DNA from: a virus
IMG/VR virus record: IMGVR_UViG_3300040801_003693
Span: 71,939-135,938 of that record
Direction: 5' to 3' (one strand)
DNA: 64,000 nucleotides
Positions 1 through 9,810 of the stretch are shown one piece after another (the first letter of the stretch is position 1; every line of letters starts with the position of its first letter). The notes below the pieces were generated by a model. The model saw nothing but the letters and a program-made list of their open reading frames with translations. It was not told the origin of the DNA and did no database searches. The translations under genes were made by a program, and so were the position numbers.

Positions 1-189
1 CTCATAATTAGCTTCGTATACTGTTTTTTTCTCCATGAGTGTTGTATGCACTTCAATTTCTATTTCTTCTGAATACATACTACTTCCATTTAAAAACACA
101 TCTGGACAGTCGGGTAAAGCGAGTGCGATGGATATCGTAGGAGGAATTTCCTCACCCCAGCTTTGTTTAATCAAATTAGTTATTTGCAT
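1..189 (-). CDS. Partner (candidate immunity) protein type A, truncated by window edge
   Basis: Not in ORF track; ATG at 189, 2 nt after the stop of 192..647; open to position 1: MQITNLIKQSWGEEIPPTISIAL...KKTVYEANYE; resembles 33185..33538 (IAVEWGKNIPDYISFNL...EKVFEAGF). Confidence 0.65.
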   Translation of the reverse strand, partial: MQITNLIKQSWGEEIPPTISIALALPDCPDVFLNGSSMYSEEIEIEVHTTLMEKKTVYEANYE

Positions 190-191
190 GA

Positions 192-647
192 TTAATCTAG
201 TAAAGCGTCTATGTCTAACTCTTGAGAAACATCAATGAAATCACATTGATATTTTCCTTTTCTTATTTTTGTAACTTGTACTATTGTTCCGGGTGGTTTT
301 ATTTTATCGCATTCTCTTTTCGCTTTTATTGCGCTAGACGCATTAACTATTTTATAGTTATGTCCTCCGCTCCCACTTTTAATTATTCTATTTAAGCTTG
401 TGACTTTCTTACCGTTTATGCGTAACAAATAGTTAACCTGATTTTCCTTGTTATAAGTTTGATAGTATTTTATCCCTCCTATCATTACTATTCCTAATAC
501 TACACAAGCAGGTAATTGAGGACCACTACAAAAAGGAGCAAAAGGAGCTAGAGCAGCTCCCCCTTTTGCTGTCGGCGTGTTGATGGTTAATGTGATACCT
601 GTACTGAGAATAGCGATCGCACGGGTACAGATGAGAGAAAGCTTCAC
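192..647 (-). CDS. Secreted/membrane small Cys-containing protein, paralog 1 of a four-member family
   Basis: Signal-like N-terminus, hydrophobic Cys-containing segment (FCSGPQLPACVVLGIVMIGG), C-terminal A-x-x-x-C...G-x-Y-x-C domain shared with 873..1343, 21380..21772 and 32833..33204. Confidence 0.7.
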   Translation of the reverse strand: MKLSLICTRAIAILSTGITLTINTPTAKGGAALAPFAPFCSGPQLPACVVLGIVMIGGIKYYQTYNKENQVNYLLRINGKKVTSLNRIIKSGSGGHNYKIVNASSAIKAKRECDKIKPPGTIVQVTKIRKGKYQCDFIDVSQELDIDALLD

Positions 648-872
648 TATAAAACCTTAATTTCTTTTTTCATAAAATTTATACCATGACATACATTTAA
701 CTGCAAAACTATTTATTTTTATAATTGGGATAGATAAGGTATAGATACTGAAAGCAAGCAGGGGCAAACATATTGCGGAATATAAGCCCCATCTAATTTT
801 GCTTGCAGTTGTATAAAATTCTATCGTATGATATTAGTTGTATTAAGTTCTACTATAAAGAGAGTACGGTAC

Positions 873-1343
873 GTGAGTTTAAAGCAGTCTATAGCAGCAA
901 GTTTAGGTTTGGCACTTGCGATAAATGCATCAAGCGTATTTATAAAAGTGGATGATACATCAAATTCTTCCCCAATCTCTTTCTCCGGGGAGAAAGCAAA
1001 CGGTGCAGTATTAACTCTTACTGCTTTATGTGCAGTGGGCTGTAAACTAATTGGTGGAGCAGTTATTGTAGTAGCAGGAAAAGCAATTGAAACTGTAGTA
1101 TACAAGGCTACTAAAGGGGGTCTTTATTACATAAAGAATCCGACTAGTAGTAAAAAGAATCAATATGTTCAGGCTATTTATTATGTCAATTATGGTTCAA
1201 TAAAAGCAGGGAGTTTGTTGGAAGCAGTTGAAGAATGTAAAAAATTAGCAAGGGAAAGAGGAGTTCAGTATCGTATGGTTGTAGATAGAAATAAAGCGGG
1301 GCGGTCGGATGGTAGGTATGACTGCATGGGAGCTTGGGAATAA
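873..1343 (+). CDS. Secreted/membrane small Cys-containing protein, paralog 2
   Basis: Likely GTG start at 873 inside ORF 828..1343; signal-like SLKQSIAASLGLALAINA, LCAVGCKLIGG segment, EAVEECKK...DGRYDCMG C-terminus. Confidence 0.7.
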   Translation: MSLKQSIAASLGLALAINASSVFIKVDDTSNSSPISFSGEKANGAVLTLTALCAVGCKLIGGAVIVVAGKAIETVVYKATKGGLYYIKNPTSSKKNQYVQAIYYVNYGSIKAGSLLEAVEECKKLARERGVQYRMVVDRNKAGRSDGRYDCMGAWE

Positions 1344-1344
1344 A

Positions 1345-1731
1345 ATGAATGCGAATAGAATTGAAGATTGCATAAGAGCTTATATAAATGGAAAGCCTTT
1401 TGAACTTATTGTTTATCAGAAAAAGGATAGAATTAATCATGCATTAACAGTAGACTTAAGCCATTTCTCTAAATCAATGCAGGGTGTTCCAGAACGAACT
1501 CTTTCTTCTTATCTAAAAAAAGAATTTGCTAAAGGAGAATTATTTGAAAATAAAAATAATGTTTTTCCTTACCTAATTTTCTTAACCCAATTAGATAAAA
1601 TTCCTACTGTTCTTAACTACACTGTAGGAGTCAATAGCTTTCAGTTAATTAATGATTCAAAAGTTAATCCCTATTTAACTCAACGTTATCGCAATGCAAA
1701 GTATAATATAGCGGTTAACTTTTATTTGTAA
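1345..1731 (+). CDS. Partner (candidate immunity) protein type B
   Basis: ATG 1 nt after upstream TAA; similar to 33706..34110 (PFELIV/PFQLII, GELFENKNNVFPYLI/GEYFYNPKNIFPYLI). Confidence 0.7.
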   Translation: MNANRIEDCIRAYINGKPFELIVYQKKDRINHALTVDLSHFSKSMQGVPERTLSSYLKKEFAKGELFENKNNVFPYLIFLTQLDKIPTVLNYTVGVNSFQLINDSKVNPYLTQRYRNAKYNIAVNFYL

Positions 1732-1760
1732 CAAAATGTTGTAATCCTGTAATTGCAGGA

Positions 1761-1979
1761 TTACTTCTTCGATTTTAATATTTCTTCTTTTATATCAATA
1801 TAAAAATCATTACTTTCTAAATCAGCCATAGAGTTGATAATAGAAGTTGTTACTATTAATGCATTCCTTTCTGTTAAACAATATTTAGATTGGATATACT
1901 CAACTAAATTTAATCCTGCTGCTGCAAGTTCTAATTTTAAACTTAGATGATTAATATGATCTGATATTTGTTTATTCAT
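1761..1979 (-). CDS. Hypothetical protein
   Basis: ORF overlapping the upstream gene in a - strand operon. Confidence 0.55.
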   Translation of the reverse strand: MNKQISDHINHLSLKLELAAAGLNLVEYIQSKYCLTERNALIVTTSIINSMADLESNDFYIDIKEEILKSKK

Positions 1980-2418
1980 CTTTATAATATTTTCTTTCTA
2001 CTTTATAATTTGCAACTCTGCTTTGAAATAATAATAACCAATCCCTAAAAACTAAATGCTTACATTTGCCTTTATAATTACCAATTGACTTACAAGTACA
2101 AGTATTGCTTTCAATTTGGTATTCCTCCCCGGAGGGAGATGCAACTATCCATCCTTCTAAAATAGGAAAGATTATATATCCCTGCATTAACATATTAGCT
2201 GCAACATAAGTATGCCACACTACATCGACCTTATCCCAGAAATAATTAGCTAATTTTGTTTTATACTTCCGGTTAGGTGAGAATTCTTTTACTTCAAATC
2301 TCAACCACAAATCTTTTTCTTCTTTTTCTCCTTTTGAATAAATCGAAAGATTTGTAATGTGCTTTAATATTTGTCTTTTTACAAAAATATGAGCGATGTA
2401 TTCTTCTAGAAATTTCAT
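1972..2418 (-). CDS. SWIM zinc-finger protein
   Basis: CTCKS...KCKH matches the SWIM CxC-xn-CxH motif. Confidence 0.7.
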   Translation of the reverse strand: MKFLEEYIAHIFVKRQILKHITNLSIYSKGEKEEKDLWLRFEVKEFSPNRKYKTKLANYFWDKVDVVWHTYVAANMLMQGYIIFPILEGWIVASPSGEEYQIESNTCTCKSIGNYKGKCKHLVFRDWLLLFQSRVANYKVERKYYKDE

Positions 2419-3359
2419 AATGTTATTAATTCTGATAAATTTTTAATGCTACATCCCGAAGCATTTTTATGTCCCCCTCCACCATACTTAGCCGCAATTT
2501 GTTTAACATTAAAGTCTTTACCCACAAATGAATTTAAACTTCTTAGACTTAAGTTGTAACTGTTATCTTCATAGTAGTATACCGCAGCATAATCTACTTC
2601 GGCATACTTTGGATTCATAAGTAATTCTTCAGCTAAATTAGAACGTAGATAAATTTTTTCTATTGGATACTCACAGAGTAAAACCTTGTTGTTGTGTACT
2701 GAGTCATAAACTTTAGCATTAGGTTCCAACTGGGAAATTTCTTTAAGAGTTTCTTTTCTAACGATTTTACCTTTCTCTTTAAAAATTGCTTTCAAATCTT
2801 GGTCATAACTATACTTGATCGAATCAAATAATTGAAAATAATCTGTTAGTGTATTTAATGGTCTATCAAATATCCCTAAGTAAATTTCTTTTGTTTCTTC
2901 TTTAAACCATTCCTTTGTGCGGATATCTGCTGCTTTAATATATTTTAAAAACGGATAAGGGTTTATATCTTTATATAAATAATTAAAGGTAAGAGTAGAG
3001 CCACATTCATCTACTTTATATGCTACTTCTTTTACCCAATTAGTAATTTCAAACATCCTATCCCACATACTCAAATGATGATCGATAAACACCATCTCAC
3101 AATTGAGTCCAGATAGTATTTGTATTTCTCTAGAAGATAAACTATAATCAACTACATAGACTAAACTATTACTTTTAACTAAAGAATTTAAACTATTAGA
3201 AAGATCACTGTACCAACAAGGAATAAAAATTATTTCTGCTTGCGAATTAAGATAGTTTTGATAATGATTATAAAGCAACCAAGCTGAAGCTGCTCCATCT
3301 ATACAAAAACTATTAGGATGGGTTTTATGAAAAATAATATAGACTGATTGCTGTGACAT
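2415..3359 (-). CDS. DHH/DHHA1 family phosphoesterase
   Basis: IDG, VVDYS, IDHH, LSLRS and GGGGHKNASG motifs. Confidence 0.88.
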   Translation of the reverse strand: MSQQSVYIIFHKTHPNSFCIDGAASAWLLYNHYQNYLNSQAEIIFIPCWYSDLSNSLNSLVKSNSLVYVVDYSLSSREIQILSGLNCEMVFIDHHLSMWDRMFEITNWVKEVAYKVDECGSTLTFNYLYKDINPYPFLKYIKAADIRTKEWFKEETKEIYLGIFDRPLNTLTDYFQLFDSIKYSYDQDLKAIFKEKGKIVRKETLKEISQLEPNAKVYDSVHNNKVLLCEYPIEKIYLRSNLAEELLMNPKYAEVDYAAVYYYEDNSYNLSLRSLNSFVGKDFNVKQIAAKYGGGGHKNASGCSIKNLSELITL

Positions 3360-3375
3360 AATAAAATTGTCCTTA

Positions 3376-4377
3376 TTAAGAAATTAAATGACTGAACTTA
3401 GGCAATATTTGATTTTCGTAAAACCATAACCCCTGCGAAGCATTCACATTATAATCCAGTTTGATAAAATTTAATACACTCTCTACAAATTCTGATAGTT
3501 TAATAAAACTTATATCTTCCATACAACTGATAAGTCTACTAGCATCTTCTGTAATACCTTTAGGAGAAAGGAAGATTAATTTTACACTTTTATTCTTATA
3601 TTTATTTTTAGCTAAATTTAAATAACCTTTCTCTCCCAGGGTGGAAGAGACATGATTGATATTAATTTGATCCTTTTTAATTTCGTATATTTCAACCCGT
3701 GGTTGTTCTAAAGCGGGTTTGAATAAAGTTAAATCAAATCTGCGGCTTTTACAGTTATCTTTACAAACAAGAAGATTGTTAACTGCATCTTCTTGTTTGA
3801 AATGATAATTAGAATAAGAGAGAAGTTCAACTAAACAAGAATGAATGTCTGCTTCGCTAAAGCAATTATTAGTTTTTATAGGTGGGATAACTATTTTAGA
3901 TTGAAGTTTTTGAGCAGAAGGGGATACGAATTGTTTTAAGATTAACGAATCTTTTTTGTTACAGCTATACTTATTTAGATTTCTGTCAATATAATCAAGA
4001 CAAGTTTTCCAATCTCCTATCCATAAGACCTTTTTATTACCTAAATAAATATTGTATTTTAAATAATAGTTTTTAACAAAATTATCTAAACTCTCTGAGT
4101 GCAGTCTAAAATGTCTTCCATACAAAGGAGACATATTTTCTTTGCGTTTATTATTCCTTTTTAGAATAGCGGCATTTGTCCAATGTTTTCTAAAGTTGCA
4201 GGCGTTATATCCTATCGAGGAAGAAACCTCTGACATTACAAAATAAGCACCGCTTTTAGTTTTAGGACTAGATATCCATTTTAAATCATACTGGACACAA
4301 TACTCTTTTAACTTTTCTATACTTCTTAAATTTGAAGAGCTATCTTCTTTTAGTATTGCGTTATTCAAATTAATCAT
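3376..4377 (-). CDS. Protein with C-terminal PD-(D/E)XK nuclease-like domain
   Basis: SEADIH...RRFDL...IYEIKK pattern; likely start MINLNN at 4377 (ORF extends to 4491). Confidence 0.55.
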   Translation of the reverse strand: MINLNNAILKEDSSSNLRSIEKLKEYCVQYDLKWISSPKTKSGAYFVMSEVSSSIGYNACNFRKHWTNAAILKRNNKRKENMSPLYGRHFRLHSESLDNFVKNYYLKYNIYLGNKKVLWIGDWKTCLDYIDRNLNKYSCNKKDSLILKQFVSPSAQKLQSKIVIPPIKTNNCFSEADIHSCLVELLSYSNYHFKQEDAVNNLLVCKDNCKSRRFDLTLFKPALEQPRVEIYEIKKDQININHVSSTLGEKGYLNLAKNKYKNKSVKLIFLSPKGITEDASRLISCMEDISFIKLSEFVESVLNFIKLDYNVNASQGLWFYENQILPKFSHLIS

Positions 4378-4540
4378 ACAGCTATAATAATTAATAAACA
4401 ATAAAAAATAAACAATAAACACAGTTACTAATAGTTTATTGTCCATCATATTAATAACTATTGTAAGCAATAAATAAAAGATTGACCACAATTAATTGCG
4501 TAATTCTTGTTAGTTGTAAATAAATATAATAAATAACTAT

Positions 4541-4933
4541 ATGGAAAATCCAACACAAGATGAGAAGTATTGGAGTCAGAAGCAGGCTTTATACGTAAAG
4601 CAGGCTCCAGAATTATTTATAGAAAGAAATACGGTATGTCAAAGCTGTGCCTTTTACCATGAAAAAAGTTGTGAAATAGTTAATGGGATTATTTCTAATA
4701 CTGGATATTGTAGATTTTGGGAACAGTTAGAGGAAGTGACTGAACCATCTGAATCCTTAGAAAATTTAGCCCAAGAGGGTAAAGAGATAGTATTAGAACA
4801 GTTTTCTATATCTTCAGTTGTAAAGGAGCAAGGAGAACTATTTGAAAAGATTGAAGAGTTTAAAACTAAACAGTTTGCTGACTCCGAGGAGGAAGAAAAA
4901 AGTATTGAAATCTTATTTGATTATACTCAATAA
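4541..4933 (+). CDS. Head-region protein with HiPIP-like four-Cys motif
   Basis: ALYVKQAP...CQSCAFY...CEIVNGIISNTGYCRFW resembles the HiPIP 4Fe-4S ligand pattern; stop overlaps the start of the protease gene. Confidence 0.6.
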   Translation: MENPTQDEKYWSQKQALYVKQAPELFIERNTVCQSCAFYHEKSCEIVNGIISNTGYCRFWEQLEEVTEPSESLENLAQEGKEIVLEQFSISSVVKEQGELFEKIEEFKTKQFADSEEEEKSIEILFDYTQ

Positions 4934-6666
4934 TGTCATCTGAAAAAAATGTTTCCTTAAAAATAGGAAAGCACAAAGACCGTAATGGTGGTCTAACCAA
5001 ATCTGGAATAGAAAAGTATAACAAAGAAACCGGAAGTAATTTAAAAATGGGAGTAAAAGGAAAACCTAAAACCCCAGAAGATTATCGCCGTAAGGGTTCT
5101 TTTTTAACTAGATTTTATAATCGTAAAGACATACCACCTTTAGTTAAACCTAGTGGGAAACCTACCCGGTTTGCATTAGCTGCTGCCGCTTGGGGAGAAT
5201 CTGTACCTACAAGTAAGGCTGCTGTTAAAAGGTTAGCAAACAAAGGCAAGTCTTTATTATCTCAATATCAAAGTATGAAAGAAAAAGAGAAAAAAAGTAA
5301 AAAACAAAATTTATCTAATAGTGGAAATCCTTACGTAGAATTGCTTTCTGATAATTTGTTGAAGATTCCTTTAGCAATGAAAGGAGAGTTTCAGCATAAT
5401 CTATATCCAGAAGTAAAATTTGATGATGAAGATTTCGGTTCTATCGTAAATAATTTTAATAATAAAGTTTTAGGTTTTACGCCTTATATAACTTATGGTC
5501 ATTTAAAAGATAATAATTTATCAATTGATGCTGAATTAAAAAAAGGTGACTGTATCAAAATAGAAGCAGATACAGATATCCTTTATGGTTATTTTAAATC
5601 TTCTCCAGAGGCTTATGAGTATGTTTCTAAAGGAGAGTATGAATATAATTCAGGAGAATTTATTCGTAATTATAAAGACAAGAAAACAGGAGAGAACTTA
5701 GGAACAGTTTTAGCAAGAACTGCTTTAACTAACTCTCCGTTCCTTCCTTTTGAAAATCATAAAGTAGAAGCTCTTTCTCAAAGTACTACAGAAGTGTATA
5801 GCATCAACCAGAGTATTCCAGTTGATATTAAACACAAAGTAAATAATGATTACTTATTACCCGACAATTCTAATATAAATAATAATAATAGTGAAAATAT
5901 AAATAATCCTATGCCACAAGAATTAGAAGATACAAAATTAGATGAAACAGCTTCAACAATAGTAGAAGCTGAATCGGATAGTTCTTCTTCAACAAAAACT
6001 GAATCTCAAAATATTGATGAGATTGTTAAATCTGTTTTAGAAAAGATTCAGGGTCAAATTCCAGCACCATATAAATCTACAGAACCAGAGAAAGTAGTAG
6101 AGCCTGTTGTTGAAGAGCTTACTCCTGTTGTTGAAACAAAAAAAGAAAAGAAAGAAGAATATAAAAATATTTCTGACATTATTAGTAGCGTTACCAATTC
6201 TTTAACTGAATCATTTAAAGTTCAGGTTGCAGAGATTAAAAGTCAACAGAAAGCTGTTATAGACAATTTAGAAAATAAAATTAACGAATTAAGTAGTAAG
6301 TTAGGTCAGCAAGAACAAGTATCTCAAGCTTTTTCTAACTCCCTTTCTCAACAACAAAAGAAAGAAAGATATTCTGCTTTAGCAAAGTCAGGTATGTCTC
6401 CAGCATTTATTCAAAAGTTTTCTACTATTGAAAATGCAATTGAGACTGGTAACAATGTTATCAAACTTTCTAATAGCGAAGGCAAAGAAGTTGATACTGC
6501 CGTTACTGATATGATTGCAGAAACAATCCTTGAAGCACTATCTTCCGAAGCTGTAGAAGTACAGCAGTTTGGTAATAGTAATAATCAAGGTACGGGTATT
6601 GTTGCAGATATTAAAAGCCTAATTACAGCGAATAAAGAAAAGGCTAAAAAAACTTCTATTAATTAA
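4933..6666 (+). CDS. Head maturation protease/scaffold (Mu I-like) with basic N-terminal DUF6321-like domain
   Basis: ITYGH, GEYEYNSGEF...DKKTGENLGTVLARTALTNSPF protease motifs; acidic coiled-coil C-terminus; directly upstream of the capsid gene. Confidence 0.75.
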   Translation: MSSEKNVSLKIGKHKDRNGGLTKSGIEKYNKETGSNLKMGVKGKPKTPEDYRRKGSFLTRFYNRKDIPPLVKPSGKPTRFALAAAAWGESVPTSKAAVKRLANKGKSLLSQYQSMKEKEKKSKKQNLSNSGNPYVELLSDNLLKIPLAMKGEFQHNLYPEVKFDDEDFGSIVNNFNNKVLGFTPYITYGHLKDNNLSIDAELKKGDCIKIEADTDILYGYFKSSPEAYEYVSKGEYEYNSGEFIRNYKDKKTGENLGTVLARTALTNSPFLPFENHKVEALSQSTTEVYSINQSIPVDIKHKVNNDYLLPDNSNINNNNSENINNPMPQELEDTKLDETASTIVEAESDSSSSTKTESQNIDEIVKSVLEKIQGQIPAPYKSTEPEKVVEPVVEELTPVVETKKEKKEEYKNISDIISSVTNSLTESFKVQVAEIKSQQKAVIDNLENKINELSSKLGQQEQVSQAFSNSLSQQQKKERYSALAKSGMSPAFIQKFSTIENAIETGNNVIKLSNSEGKEVDTAVTDMIAETILEALSSEAVEVQQFGNSNNQGTGIVADIKSLITANKEKAKKTSIN

Positions 6667-6689
6667 TTAATATAAAAATTCTATAATAA

Positions 6690-7997
6690 ATGGTTACACC
6701 AAATTTTGGACCTTACGTAAGTGAGGCGGTTACTGTTGCTAATTATGAAATGCAGGGCGAGCCTGTATTCACTGAATTAGCTAAATCTTTAGCTCCCCTT
6801 GTAGGAAATACTCCTTTATCCGAATTATTTCCTGAAGAAAATATATTAGAACGTCATGTTCGCATTCATCAAAAGTATGATGGCATGGATACCATTTTTC
6901 CAATGGTTGAAATGGGTAAGCCTGATGTGGTACTAAGTTCAGGTCATGGAACTATGACAGAACGAATTGTACAACCTTTGTACATTCGTCGCTCTACGTT
7001 TCTATCTTACGGCGAAATTAACTCTAAGATTAAGCCCGGTACTTTTAATGAACGTTGGAGTCCTGCTGAACAGATCCAAGAAGCAATGACTCGGATGATG
7101 CGCGAGCAAGCTCTTACTTGGGATGTCTTTAGAGCAATGATGCTCCTGGGAGGAATCAACTATACTGACCCCCGTACAGGTGTAGGCGCTCAAGTATCTG
7201 CTAGAATCCCTGCTCAAAACTTATGGCATTACAATGTGACTTCTGGATTTAGAGGTCGTGCGGAACATTCTTTATTCCGCAATATTGTTGATAGTAATGT
7301 AGAACGTCCCGCTGATGCTTTAGGTGGTATTCCTTGGACTCATCCTGATGCGGCGATCGCAGAAGGTGTGATGAAGTTTGCCAACTGGTTCTTAGATACC
7401 AACAAGAGTAAAATCTCTGCAATGTACATGGGTCCAGAACTACGCAACGTTTTATCTATGAATAATGAGATTAAGCTTGCGTTAGGTGGATTTATTCCTC
7501 GCTTTGGTGCAGTTGCTGGAGACAGTACTACAGTGAGTGGAAGCGGAGTATTAATTCCGTCGGGTGGAGTAATGAATCGTGCTATGAACGGTTCTATTGG
7601 TCTTGATGGCGGCGGTCAACTAGCAAGTATTGGTGGAATTCCAATTCGTGTTATAGAAACTCAATATAAAGACCCTGTTGATGGAATTGTAAAAAGAGTA
7701 ATTCCAAAGAACAAAGTAGTATTTGTTTCCGAAAGCGATTCTCAAGGCATGAGTGAATCTCCAGGTAGAACTCAGTACTGTGTATCAGAAGAGTCTGGTG
7801 GACAACCAGGTGTATGGACTCGTACTCAAACTCAAACTCAAATTCCTGCTGCTCCAGGGATGTATGTACAGATGGGTAATGCAGGTATGCCTTATCTTAA
7901 ATATCCTTATCGCGTTGCACACATGACTGTATGTGAGGTTGCGGATATTGAAAATCGGATGGGTGTACTAGGCGATTTAGGTTTTGGCTTATTCTAA
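6690..7997 (+). CDS. Major capsid protein (lambda gpE-like, HK97 fold)
   Basis: 435 aa after protease/scaffold; LSELFPEE, AMMLLGGINY, KRVIPKNKVVF, AGMPYL pattern typical of gpE-like capsids. Confidence 0.8.
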   Translation: MVTPNFGPYVSEAVTVANYEMQGEPVFTELAKSLAPLVGNTPLSELFPEENILERHVRIHQKYDGMDTIFPMVEMGKPDVVLSSGHGTMTERIVQPLYIRRSTFLSYGEINSKIKPGTFNERWSPAEQIQEAMTRMMREQALTWDVFRAMMLLGGINYTDPRTGVGAQVSARIPAQNLWHYNVTSGFRGRAEHSLFRNIVDSNVERPADALGGIPWTHPDAAIAEGVMKFANWFLDTNKSKISAMYMGPELRNVLSMNNEIKLALGGFIPRFGAVAGDSTTVSGSGVLIPSGGVMNRAMNGSIGLDGGGQLASIGGIPIRVIETQYKDPVDGIVKRVIPKNKVVFVSESDSQGMSESPGRTQYCVSEESGGQPGVWTRTQTQTQIPAAPGMYVQMGNAGMPYLKYPYRVAHMTVCEVADIENRMGVLGDLGFGLF

Positions 7998-8000
7998 AAT

Positions 8001-8113
8001 CAATAAACAATTAGCGATTAACAATTAACAATGAATATCATTATTTATTAGTTATTGTTAGTTGATTATTAGTTATTGATTATTGATTATTGTTTATTGT
8101 TTATTGTTTATTG
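8001..8113. repeat. Heptamer tandem repeats in inverted arrangement (STRR-like)
   Basis: CAATAAA/CAATTAA units followed by TTATTGA/TTATTGT units downstream of the capsid stop. Confidence 0.7.
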
Positions 8114-8116
8114 AAT

Positions 8117-9253
8117 ATGGGAATATTAAATTCAAATCAAGTATTAGCTGGAGCAAGAACTGCGGGTGGTTATAAAACTTATGCCCAAGTGTTTACAAAG
8201 AAAGCTCCAGAGGTAAGAAAGAGTGGAAGTACTATTACAGTTGAGGGTGGTATTTTTGAAGTAGAGGGTAATTTAGTATCAGAGGATCTTAGTTTAAATC
8301 TAAACTCAATAAAAGATTTGCTGATGGATGATACTGAATATACTTTAGGATTGGTTCCTAAATATTTAGAACCAATGAGTAAAATGGATGCAGTTAGCAA
8401 CAATGTTTCTTATTACGTTGGGATGGAAACTTCTTTGATGGGTAATGATAGTGTTGCTTATCAATTTATCAATCCAGATGTTGAAGAAGCTTTAAAAGCA
8501 AAAGGCGGTTATACTAAGCTATCACAAAAAGTTTATGATGGAACTGCAACACCAGGAGACATTACTGTATTTAATTCTTATGAAGAAGAATTAGAAAAGT
8601 TAAGAGATCCCCGTTATGTTATATCTCCTTTATTCCCTATTGGAGTAGAACTAGTATTAATGCAAACTGTTTATCTAGATAATTCCAGTAAGGCAAACGC
8701 TTTATGGTATAAAGATGAAGCAGGGTTTAAAAATACTATTGCTCGCTTAGGAGAAGTACCCGCTTTCCGTAAAGTAATGACTACTTCCTCTGCAAACTCT
8801 ATGTATTTATCTGGAAATAAAAAGTATTTAGTTAAATCAGCAATGAGTTATAGCTCTCAAGCAGACGCTATGGAAAATGAAAATGGAAATCAAATTGATA
8901 TGGAATCTATTACTACTTCCTTCGGCGGTAGCTATGTAGCAATTTATGAGTACAACCTTCCTTCTCATATGCCTTACGGGCAAACTCGTAAAGTAGATGG
9001 GTTAGTTGAATACATTTCTAAAAAGCATTCTATGCTCTTAGGCAGAATTGATCCCATATACTTAGCTCGTCCCACTTTTCACAACTATACTCCACAAGAA
9101 GTTGCAATGTCCCCATTGACTCATTACGCAGACCCAGAACCTGTAGCTAAAGTTGCAGTTAGTATCTCTGGTCTTGGTGCATTGACTTTAGACAATTTGG
9201 AAGTAGTTAACGGTCAAGGATTTATGAATCCTTTGAACCCTGACGTAGCATAA
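8117..9253 (+). CDS. Putative virion head protein
   Basis: Long ORF after the capsid gene; start at ATG 8117. Confidence 0.55.
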   Translation: MGILNSNQVLAGARTAGGYKTYAQVFTKKAPEVRKSGSTITVEGGIFEVEGNLVSEDLSLNLNSIKDLLMDDTEYTLGLVPKYLEPMSKMDAVSNNVSYYVGMETSLMGNDSVAYQFINPDVEEALKAKGGYTKLSQKVYDGTATPGDITVFNSYEEELEKLRDPRYVISPLFPIGVELVLMQTVYLDNSSKANALWYKDEAGFKNTIARLGEVPAFRKVMTTSSANSMYLSGNKKYLVKSAMSYSSQADAMENENGNQIDMESITTSFGGSYVAIYEYNLPSHMPYGQTRKVDGLVEYISKKHSMLLGRIDPIYLARPTFHNYTPQEVAMSPLTHYADPEPVAKVAVSISGLGALTLDNLEVVNGQGFMNPLNPDVA

Positions 9254-9313
9254 AAACTGAAATTGCATTATAAAAAATGCAATTTCAATTCTATATTATT
9301 TACTATAAAAATT

Positions 9314-9805
9314 ATGTTAGCTAGAGTTCTAATACTTTCTCCTTTTAAATACATTTATAAGAATAAACAACTTAACTGTAGAACTGGAGAAAGTTTTTAT
9401 TTAAATTTAGATATTCCTCAAGAGAAAGAAGAGATTAATTATCTACTTAATTCCGAATATTCTGAGTTGGTTTATATAGAGAATAAACCCACTGTAGTAA
9501 GTAAACTACAAATAGATTCTTCACCCTCGGAGAAAGAGAATGAAGAAACAAATATTGATACGGATACAGTAGCAAAGGAAACATCTTTTATTGCAGAGCA
9601 AGTAAAGTTAAGAACTGAAGAATTAATGAGAATGCATTGGAGAGAAATTAAAGATGTAGCTGAAACTTTTGGTGTTAAGTATATTCAAAAAGAAGAAACA
9701 ATTAAAAAAATTATTGAATTGGAATTTAGTGCAATAGACGTGAAGTCTGCCGAACAGAGTACTCTACCCGGCGAACTTCATGAAGACTCAACTACCGAGG
9801 AATAA
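9314..9805 (+). CDS. Hypothetical protein with Rho-N/HeH-like helical C-terminal motif
   Basis: LMRMHWREIKDVAETFGV...KEETIKKIIE; position in the head module. Confidence 0.45.
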   Translation: MLARVLILSPFKYIYKNKQLNCRTGESFYLNLDIPQEKEEINYLLNSEYSELVYIENKPTVVSKLQIDSSPSEKENEETNIDTDTVAKETSFIAEQVKLRTEELMRMHWREIKDVAETFGVKYIQKEETIKKIIELEFSAIDVKSAEQSTLPGELHEDSTTEE

Positions 9806-9810
9806 AATAA

